32,000 bases of DNA from Thermosulfurimonas dismutans (lineage in GTDB: Bacteria; Desulfobacterota; Thermodesulfobacteria; Thermodesulfobacteriales; Thermodesulfobacteriaceae): the NCBI RefSeq assembly GCF_001652585.1, contig NZ_LWLG01000005.1, positions 1-32,000 of the forward strand. Direction: 5' to 3'. Below are positions 25,633 to 32,000 of the stretch, in pieces (positions within the stretch are counted from its first letter, which is position 1; each line of letters opens with the position of its first letter). The notes beneath the pieces were generated by a model that was not told the DNA's origin, did no database searches, and saw only the letters and a program-made list of their open reading frames with translations. The position numbers were made by a program, and so were the translations under genes.

Positions 25633-26034
25633 ATGGCCGATATCAAGATTGGAATCCTCTGTTGTCATTACACCAATACCTCGGACGAGGAAGACTTTAA
25701 GGGTCTGCCCGCGGACGTGATCATGAAACGTTTCCCCTGCTCCGGCCACATTGAAGTGGCGGATATCCTCAAGACCTTTGAGGAAGGAGCCGAGGCCGTG
25801 TTGGTGGCCGGCTGCGAGAAGGACAGTTGCCACAATATTTCGGGAAGCGTGCGGGCGGAAAAGCGGGTCCTAGGAGCCCGGAAAATTTTGGAAGAAATTG
25901 GCCTTTCTGGCGAAAGAGTCAGAATGGCCTTTGTACCCCGATTGGATTCGGGAACATTTATGACCGAAGTAAAATCCCTATTCGAGATTGCTTTAAATTT
26001 GAAGTCTAAGTCCAAAGGAGATGGGCAAAAATGA
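25633..26034 (+). CDS. Second MvhD-family protein (Cys version)
   Basis: The product is 133 aa. The motifs ILCCHYT and ...EAVLVAGCEKDSCHNISG align with the Sec-containing paralogue (GG-U-HLGE-C-H against AG-C-EKDS-C-H). Confidence 0.7.
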   Translation: MADIKIGILCCHYTNTSDEEDFKGLPADVIMKRFPCSGHIEVADILKTFEEGAEAVLVAGCEKDSCHNISGSVRAEKRVLGARKILEEIGLSGERVRMAFVPRLDSGTFMTEVKSLFEIALNLKSKSKGDGQK

Positions 26035-26702
26035 TAATTGCAGAAAGAAAACCCATTCCCAAGGTGTTAAAGGCTATCGAGCCTTATGACAAAGTGCTGG
26101 TGTTAGGGTGTCGGGGCTGCGTGGCCATTTGTTCGGCCGGAGGCGACCGGGAGGTCGAGACCATAGCTGCGGCCTTGAGGCTGGCCAGAAAGCTTTCCGG
26201 AAGGCCGCTTGAGACCGGAGAGGCCACGCTCATTCGGCAGTGCGATCCAGAGTATCTGGCCGTGCTTCCAGAGATGGCCAAAGATTACCAGGCCGTGGTG
26301 TCTTTGGCCTGTGGGGTAGGGGTCAATTTGATTGCGGATCTTTATCCTGAGATTCGGGTTTATCCGGGCGTGGATACCTCTTTTTACGGGGCCAACTCGG
26401 CCTTAGGAGAATGGCAAGAAAAATGTCGGGGTTGTGGAGACTGTATCCTGGATATCACAGGTGGCCTCTGTCCCATCGCCCGGTGTGCCAAAAATCTTTT
26501 GAATGGACCCTGCGGGGGGTCCCAAGGCGGACGTTGTGAGATCCGTCCAGAGGTCCCCTGTGTGTGGCACCAGATCTACGAGAGGCTTTCTTCCCGGGGC
26601 GAGCTTGAGCGGTTGCTCAACTTCTTCCCGGCCAAGGACTGGCGTCCGGCCGGACATGGAGGTCCCCGGGAGAGGATAAGAGAAGACCTGCGTATGGGAT
26701 AA
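26031..26702 (+). CDS. metV: MetV (MTHFR C-terminal-domain-like small subunit of methylene-THF reductase)
   Basis: The product is 223 aa. The motifs MIIAERKP, LGCRGCVAIC, CRGCGDCIL, GGLCPIARCAKNLLNGPCGG and CxW match my recollection of Moorella MetV. The start overlaps the upstream stop (ATGA). Confidence 0.75.
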   Translation: MIIAERKPIPKVLKAIEPYDKVLVLGCRGCVAICSAGGDREVETIAAALRLARKLSGRPLETGEATLIRQCDPEYLAVLPEMAKDYQAVVSLACGVGVNLIADLYPEIRVYPGVDTSFYGANSALGEWQEKCRGCGDCILDITGGLCPIARCAKNLLNGPCGGSQGGRCEIRPEVPCVWHQIYERLSSRGELERLLNFFPAKDWRPAGHGGPRERIREDLRMG

Positions 26703-26727
26703 AAACGGGTAGAAAAGGAGGGGAAGG

Positions 26728-29169
26728 GTGGAGCCTAGAAGCCATCTTCAAAAAGTTCTTTCCGAAGGGCACTTCGCCGTTACCGCAGAGATCGGCCCTC
26801 CCAAGAGTGCTGATGGAGAGGTCGTAAGAAAGAAGGCCCGGATTCTCAAAGGTTACGTGGACGCGGCCAACATCACCGACTGTCAGACGGCTATTGTCCG
26901 GATGTCCTCCATTGCTTCGGCGGTGTTGGTGATGGCTGAAGGGGTAGAGCCGGTCATCCAGATGACTTGCCGCGACCGGAACCGGATCGGTATCCAGGCC
27001 GATCTCCTAGGGGCGGCGGCCCTGGGGGTAAAGAATCTCCTTTGTATCACCGGTGACCACCAGAAGTTCGGGAATCATCCCGAGGCCAAAGGGGTCTTCG
27101 ATCTGGACTCCATCCAACTTACGGCCATGGTGCGCCAGATGAGGGACGAGGGTAAGTTCCTCTGCGGGGAAGAACTCACTGGTGCCCGGCCAGAATTTTT
27201 TATCGGGGCGGTGGAGAATCCCTTTGCCGATCCTTTTGAATTCAGGGTAAAGCGGCTGGAAAAAAAGGTCAAAGCCGGAGCGGAATTCATCCAGACCCAG
27301 ATTATCTACAACGTAGAGCGTTTCAAGAAGTTTATGGAGATGGCCCGAGATTTAGGGCTCACGGAGAAGGTCTATATCCTGGCCGGGATCACGCCTCCCA
27401 AGTCCTTCGGTATGGCCCGTTACATGAAGTATTTTGTGCCGGGCTTGGACGTACCAGACGAGATCCTCAAGCGCATGAAAGAGGCCAAGGACAAACGGGA
27501 GGAAGGTATCAACATTGCGGTAGACATCATTCAACAGGTACGCGAGATCCCGGGCGTGGCCGGCGTACACATCATGGCCATCGAATGGGAAGAGGCCGTC
27601 CCTGAGATCGTAAAACGGGCCGGGCTCCATCCGAGACCGCTTGAGGCTGAGGTCAAGCCGGCCATTGCAGTAGAAGTCGAACGTCCTGAAAAGATTGAAG
27701 TGGTGGCCCCACCCAAAGAGGAGGAAGAAGTGGCCGAAGGGCCGCCTAAGATAGAGATCCCCGTAGAGGCCGTCAAAGAGGTCTTTTCCTCGGTGCGTTC
27801 AAGCATCGAGTCCCTGCGTGAAGGTATCAATCTCCTTCATGACAGTTTGGCCAGGCTTGAGCGTGCTCTCCTTGGTGGAGAGGTGGTCCCGGCGGAGGTG
27901 CCGCAGGTAGAGGTCAAGGTGGAAGAGAAACCGGTGGTAGAGGAAAAACCTGCGGAAGAAGAGAAACCGGCGGTGGAAGAGAAGCCGGTAGAGGAGATCA
28001 AGAAAGAAGTCAAACCAGAAGAAGAGAAGCCGGAAGAAAAACCGACTGAAGAAGAGCCCGAGGCCAAACCGATTGCAGAAGAACCCAAGGCTGCAGAACC
28101 TAAGCCGGAAGAGAAGCCGGCGGTGGAAGAGAAGCCGGCGGCTCCAGCTGGGCCTCCGCCTGAAGGTGTGGAACTTGGTGGCTTTATAGGTGAGTACCGT
28201 CCGCTTTCCGAACGAGCGGCGGGGCTCCCCGAGGATCTCTATAAAGATCCGGGTACGGCTTTCATACGGGAGGTAGAGATCGGTAAGGGCGAAAAGGCCT
28301 TCAAGGTTGGTGGTACCAACGTGCTCCCCTTCCAGCTCTTTGAAGGCGAGATGAAAAACCAGCCTCGCATTGCCATGGAGGTCCTAGACGTAAAGCCTGA
28401 AAACTGGCCGGAGAGCCTGGCCAAATATTTCGAGGACGTCTTTGACGATCCTGCGGCCTGGGCCAAAAAGTGCGTGGAGACCTACGGAGCCGAGGCCGTA
28501 TGTGTATATCTCATGGGTACAGACCCCAACTATCTGGACTTGGATGCCAAGCATGCCCGGGAAGTAGTAGAGAAGGTCGTCAAGGCCGTGGACGTGCCCA
28601 TCGTGGTCTGGGGTGCTGGACATGCGGAGAAAGACGTGGAGGTTTTGAGGGAAGTGGCCGAGATCCTTGGAGATCGTGGAGCAGTCATTGGTCCGGTGGA
28701 GGAGGCCAATCATCGTACCTTGGGGGCCACGGCCATGGGTTACGGGCTCCCGGTAGTGGCGACGAGCCCTATCGACGTGAACCTAGCCAAGCAGTTGAAC
28801 ATCCTCCTTGAGAATATTGGAGTGTCACTCGACAAGATCCTGATGGACCCTTCCATCGGAGCCCTAGGTTACGGTCTGGAGTACACCTACTCGGTGATGG
28901 AACGTATTAGGCTTGCGGCCCTTTACGCCCAGGACGAAAAGCTCCAGGTGCCTTTTGTCTGTAACGTGGGGCGCGAAGTCTGGAAGACCAAAGAAGTGGG
29001 GCTTCCCACCGACGAGATACTGGGCGACCAGGAGGTTCGCGGCGTCCTCATGGAGGCCATTACCTCGGTGGCTTTGGCGCTGGCCGGAGGCGATCTTTTT
29101 ATCATGCGTCATCCCAAAGCCATTGAGCTAACAAAGACGATTATAAGCGCTCTTATGCAAGAAAATTAA
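26728..29169 (+). CDS. metF: Fusion protein: MetF (methylene-THF reductase, aa 1-~302), a Glu/Lys/Pro-rich linker, then AcsD (corrinoid Fe-S protein small subunit, aa ~510-813)
   Basis: This is a single uninterrupted 813-codon ORF with a GTG start after AAAGGAGGGGAAGG. The N-terminal part has MetF motifs (AVTAEIGPP, CRDRN, LCITGD, FIGAVENPF, FIQTQ). The C-terminal part aligns along its length with my recollection of M. thermoacetica AcsD (LPFxxFEGE, AMEVxD, SPIDxNxxKQLNILxxxxG, DPSIGxLGYGxEYxxSxMERIRL, MRHP). Confidence 0.85.
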   Translation: MEPRSHLQKVLSEGHFAVTAEIGPPKSADGEVVRKKARILKGYVDAANITDCQTAIVRMSSIASAVLVMAEGVEPVIQMTCRDRNRIGIQADLLGAAALGVKNLLCITGDHQKFGNHPEAKGVFDLDSIQLTAMVRQMRDEGKFLCGEELTGARPEFFIGAVENPFADPFEFRVKRLEKKVKAGAEFIQTQIIYNVERFKKFMEMARDLGLTEKVYILAGITPPKSFGMARYMKYFVPGLDVPDEILKRMKEAKDKREEGINIAVDIIQQVREIPGVAGVHIMAIEWEEAVPEIVKRAGLHPRPLEAEVKPAIAVEVERPEKIEVVAPPKEEEEVAEGPPKIEIPVEAVKEVFSSVRSSIESLREGINLLHDSLARLERALLGGEVVPAEVPQVEVKVEEKPVVEEKPAEEEKPAVEEKPVEEIKKEVKPEEEKPEEKPTEEEPEAKPIAEEPKAAEPKPEEKPAVEEKPAAPAGPPPEGVELGGFIGEYRPLSERAAGLPEDLYKDPGTAFIREVEIGKGEKAFKVGGTNVLPFQLFEGEMKNQPRIAMEVLDVKPENWPESLAKYFEDVFDDPAAWAKKCVETYGAEAVCVYLMGTDPNYLDLDAKHAREVVEKVVKAVDVPIVVWGAGHAEKDVEVLREVAEILGDRGAVIGPVEEANHRTLGATAMGYGLPVVATSPIDVNLAKQLNILLENIGVSLDKILMDPSIGALGYGLEYTYSVMERIRLAALYAQDEKLQVPFVCNVGREVWKTKEVGLPTDEILGDQEVRGVLMEAITSVALALAGGDLFIMRHPKAIELTKTIISALMQEN
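27883..28161 (+). repeat. In-frame low-complexity (E/K/P/V/A) repeat region inside the metF-acsD linker
   Basis: The peptide is ...VEVKVEEKPVVEEKPAEEEKPAVEEKPVEEIKKEVKPEEEKPEEKPTEEEPEAKPIAEEPKAAEPKPEEKPAVEEKPAAPAGPP. It includes an exact 22-nt DNA repeat, CCGGCGGTGGAAGAGAAGCCGG, at 27967-27988 and 28117-28138. Confidence 0.8.
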
Positions 29170-29184
29170 AGGAGGTTGCGAGCT

Positions 29185-31407
29185 ATGTCCAAGATCATTG
29201 CTAGCGCGGCCATTCGTGGGGCTCATAAGATTGTGGAACGGGCCCAAGAAAAATATGAGGAGGCCGTGAAGAAATTCGGAAAGGATACCGAGGTCGCTTT
29301 CCCGAACACGGCCTATTATCTGCCCATCATTTATGCCATGTTGGGTTATCCGGTAAAAAAGCTCGGAGATTGCGGAGAAGTTCTGGAAGAGGCCAAGCGC
29401 CTGCTGCCTCCGGTGCCCACAGACGAGCTCTGGACCCCTTATCTGGGGCCGGCGCTCGATGCCGGTATGGCTACTTTCTTTGCGGAAGAGATCATTGAGG
29501 CCATCCGCTATCTGGAGGATCCCAATTTCTACACCAAAACTGAGGAGCCAGTTAATGGAAACATTTGGCTTGGAGCGGCCGACGACGTGATCTTTCGTAA
29601 ACGTGGAGTGGAATTTGTGGATGGCACGGCTCCAGGGTTTGCAGCCATTCTCGGCGCTCCGCCGAACAAAGAAATTGCCGTCAAGATCGCCCAGGAGCTC
29701 CAGGAAAAGAACCTCTACGTCTTCATGCATTCAGACACCAACGGGGTGCGTATGGCCGAACAGCTTAAAGAGGCTGGGGTTCAGCTCGGCTGGCCCACCC
29801 GTTTGGTTCCCTTCGGTCCGGACACCACCTCGGTGGTCTTCGCTATCGGCTTTGCCTGCCGGGTAGCTATGGCCTTTGGTGGTATCAAACCCGGAGACTA
29901 CATGGGTAACCTCCTTTATAACAAAGACCGAACCTTTGCCTTCGCCATAACTTTCGGTCCGGTTTCCGACGAATGGTACGCCAATGGAGCCGGGGCCATC
30001 AACTGGGGCTTCCCGGTGATCTCCGACTGGGACATCCCTGAGATCAAGCCCTTTGGGGTGTGTACTTACGAACACGTGGTCTCCAAGGTGCCCCACGAAG
30101 AGATCGTGGACCGAGCCATTGAAGTCCGAGGGCTCAAGGTCACCACGGTGAAGCTCGACATCCCGGTAGCCTATGCCCCGGCTTTTGAAGGGGAAAGGGT
30201 CCGTAAGGACGATCTCTATCTGGAGTGCGGTGGTGGAAGGACTCCGGCAGTTGAACTCCTGATCTCCAAGCCCCTTGAGGAAGTGGAAGACGGAAAGATC
30301 GAGGTCATAGGCCCTGAAATAAACGAGGTGGAAAAGCTTGGCATAAAAGGACCTCCCTATCGTTTACCCTTTGCAGTAGTGGTGGAAGTAGCTGGAGCTA
30401 ACATGCAGGAGGACTTCGAGGCTATTCTTGAGCGGCAATTCCATCACCTCATCAACTACGCCCAGGGTATCATGCACGTAGGGCAACGTAATATCATGTG
30501 GCTGCGGATCAGTAAGGCTGCTGTAGAAAAAGGATTCCTCTTCAAGCACATCGGGGAGATCCTTTACGCCAAGATGCGCCAAGAGTTCGGCGCCATCGTG
30601 GACAAGTGCCAGGTGACCATCTATACCGAAGAAGAGAAGGTCAAGGAGATCCTGGAGCTGGCCAAGGAGGTCTATACCCGGCGTGACGAACGGATAGCCG
30701 GTATGACTGACGAGACCGTAGACGTGTACTATTCCTGCACTCTGTGTCAAAGCTTTGCACCCAGCCACGTGTGCGTAATCACGCCGGAACGGATCGGTAT
30801 GTGCGGGGCCTACAACTGGCTCGACGGCAAGGCCTGCTACGAGATCAATCCCACTGGTCCCAACCAGCCTATTGAAAAAGGTGAGGTTATTGACGAGAAG
30901 CTAGGACAGTTCTCCGGTATAAACGAGTTCGTGAAGAAGGCCTCCAGAGGGAAGGTAGAAAGGGTGAGCCTTTACAGTATCATGGTAGACCCCATGACGG
31001 CCTGCGGATGTTTCGAGTGTATTGCAGCCATGTTGCCCTCGGTAAACGGCATCATGATCGTAAACCGTGATTATCTTGGCATGACTCCCTCGGGCATGAA
31101 GTTTTCTACCATGGCCGGTATGGTGGGTGGCGGTCAGGTGACCCCCGGTTTCATGGGGGTCTCTAAGCACTATATCACCTCTCGGAAATTTCTTATTGCC
31201 GAAGGGGGGCTTAAACGGGTGGTCTGGATGCCCAAGATGCTCAAAGAAGAACTTAAAGACAAGCTCAAGCAGCGGGCCGAAGAGCTGGGGATCCCCGATC
31301 TCATCGACAAGATTGCAGACGAGACTGTGGCCTCTACGGAACAAGAAGTCAAGGAATGGGTGGAAAAGGTCAAACACCCGGTTCTAGAGATGGAACCCTT
31401 GATGTAA
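29185..31407 (+). CDS. acsB: Acetyl-CoA synthase (A-cluster subunit of CODH/ACS)
   Basis: I prefer the ATG at 29185, 9 nt after AAAGGAGG, over the track TTG at 29176. The sequence closely parallels my recollection of M. thermoacetica AcsB throughout (NTAYYLPII, GPAFEGERVRK, GQRNIMWLRISK, YSCTLCQSFAPSHVC, TACGCFEC, PMTPSGMKFST). Confidence 0.92.
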   Translation: MSKIIASAAIRGAHKIVERAQEKYEEAVKKFGKDTEVAFPNTAYYLPIIYAMLGYPVKKLGDCGEVLEEAKRLLPPVPTDELWTPYLGPALDAGMATFFAEEIIEAIRYLEDPNFYTKTEEPVNGNIWLGAADDVIFRKRGVEFVDGTAPGFAAILGAPPNKEIAVKIAQELQEKNLYVFMHSDTNGVRMAEQLKEAGVQLGWPTRLVPFGPDTTSVVFAIGFACRVAMAFGGIKPGDYMGNLLYNKDRTFAFAITFGPVSDEWYANGAGAINWGFPVISDWDIPEIKPFGVCTYEHVVSKVPHEEIVDRAIEVRGLKVTTVKLDIPVAYAPAFEGERVRKDDLYLECGGGRTPAVELLISKPLEEVEDGKIEVIGPEINEVEKLGIKGPPYRLPFAVVVEVAGANMQEDFEAILERQFHHLINYAQGIMHVGQRNIMWLRISKAAVEKGFLFKHIGEILYAKMRQEFGAIVDKCQVTIYTEEEKVKEILELAKEVYTRRDERIAGMTDETVDVYYSCTLCQSFAPSHVCVITPERIGMCGAYNWLDGKACYEINPTGPNQPIEKGEVIDEKLGQFSGINEFVKKASRGKVERVSLYSIMVDPMTACGCFECIAAMLPSVNGIMIVNRDYLGMTPSGMKFSTMAGMVGGGQVTPGFMGVSKHYITSRKFLIAEGGLKRVVWMPKMLKEELKDKLKQRAEELGIPDLIDKIADETVASTEQEVKEWVEKVKHPVLEMEPLM

Positions 31408-31419
31408 GGGAGGAGAGCA

Positions 31420-32000
31420 ATGGGACTTACCGGTATCCAGATAATGCAAAAACTTCCCAAGACCAATTGTGGGGACTGTGGGTTTCCCACCTGTCTGGCT
31501 TTTGCCATGAAGGTGGCTGCCGGACAGGCGGAGATTGACAAGTGTCCGCACGTGGACCCGGCGGTGAAGGAGGAGATTGCGGAGGCCTCCGCTCCGCCCA
31601 TAAGGACGGTAGTCCTCGGAAGTGGGGAGCACCAGGTCAAACTCGGCGGCGAGACCGTACTCTTCCGCCACGAAAAGCGTTTCGAGAATCCTACTGCCAT
31701 TGGAGTGCGTATCGCTACTGATATGGACGCCGGCGAGGTGGATCGTAGGGTGGAGGCCTTCAAAAAATTTCGGTGGGAACGGGTAGGGGTCATGCTTGTC
31801 CCCCAGATGGTGGCCGTGGAGGACACCGGAGCCGGAAAGGAGGCCTTTGTCAACCTGGTGAAAAAGGTACGGGAGGAGGCCCCGGAAGCCGTATTGGTTC
31901 TAATGAGCGGGGATAAAGAGGCCCTTTCGGCGGCCTGTGAGCTCTGCGGAGAGCACAAGCCGCTTCTCTACGCCGCTACACTCGACAACTTCAAGGAGAT
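31420..32000 (+). CDS. acsC: Corrinoid iron-sulfur protein large subunit (5' part; continues beyond the window)
   Basis: My own translation is MGLTGIQIMQKLPKTNCGDCGFPTCLAFAMKVAAGQAEIDKCPHV...APPIRTVVLGSGEHQVKLGGETVLFRHEKRF. The N-terminal CxxCxxxxC...C [4Fe-4S] motif is typical of AcsC. The RBS is AAGGGAGGAG, and the frame is open to the window end. Confidence 0.85.
   Translation, partial: MGLTGIQIMQKLPKTNCGDCGFPTCLAFAMKVAAGQAEIDKCPHVDPAVKEEIAEASAPPIRTVVLGSGEHQVKLGGETVLFRHEKRFENPTAIGVRIATDMDAGEVDRRVEAFKKFRWERVGVMLVPQMVAVEDTGAGKEAFVNLVKKVREEAPEAVLVLMSGDKEALSAACELCGEHKPLLYAATLDNFKE

Noticed and set aside
27883-28161. Repetitive DNA considered as a possible CRISPR-like or VNTR array
   Set aside because: The repeats are short and irregular, and lie entirely in-frame within a long ORF encoding an E/K/P-rich peptide. 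No spacer/repeat periodicity and no cas genes are present.
31170-31958. A 262-aa minus-strand ORF spanning the acsB-acsC junction
   Set aside because: It is antisense to two confidently identified genes, its composition is low-complexity and Ser/Ala/Thr/Pro-rich, and it has no RBS. It is a shadow ORF.
1-32000. A search for CRISPR arrays, rRNA, intact tRNA genes, transposases, integrases and IS inverted repeats
   Set aside because: None was found by eye. The only mobile-element-like signals are the TA modules, the TA relics and the tRNA 3' fragment reported above.

Overview
The window is a bacterial chromosome segment from an organism that is evidently anaerobic and uses selenocysteine. The Glu/Lys/Ile-rich proteins hint at a thermophile, which is inference only. 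It contains four blocks.

(1) 1-4347: two intact type II toxin-antitoxin pairs lie around an AT-rich insert. They are followed by a tungsten-type aldehyde:ferredoxin oxidoreductase with its polyferredoxin partner.

(2) 4348-4928: a decayed junction holds toxin-antitoxin gene relics, a phased GGGGCACC triplet, a tRNA 3'-end fragment and a small zinc-ribbon ORF interrupted by TGA.

(3) 4929-14391, all on the minus strand: a tightly packed nine-gene copper/heavy-metal cluster.
- It encodes a Met-rich periplasmic protein, a His-rich CPH-type P1B ATPase, and a multicopper oxidase that seems fused to a CopB-like beta-barrel.
- It also encodes a MerT-like and a MerP-like protein, a small ferredoxin, a tandem DUF1566 protein, CopZ and a CPC-type CopA.
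- No regulator gene is visible.
- Upstream lie a catalytic-domain-only MetE-like protein and a VKOR-thioredoxin membrane fusion.

(4) 16343-32000, plus strand: a Wood-Ljungdahl cluster in the order fhs, folD, acsA/cooS, hdrA, mvhD, a 4Fe-4S protein, a second mvhD-like gene, metV, a metF-acsD fusion, acsB and the 5' part of acsC.

Key observations:
- hdrA and the first mvhD each carry an in-frame TGA at a conserved Cys position, with a downstream hairpin. They are read here as selenoproteins that the ORF track splits.
- metF and acsD form one 813-codon ORF joined by a Glu/Lys/Pro-rich linker of about 200 residues.

I found no CRISPR array, rRNA, intact tRNA, transposase or integrase. All homology statements rest on motif recognition by eye and on recalled family knowledge. 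No database search was run.
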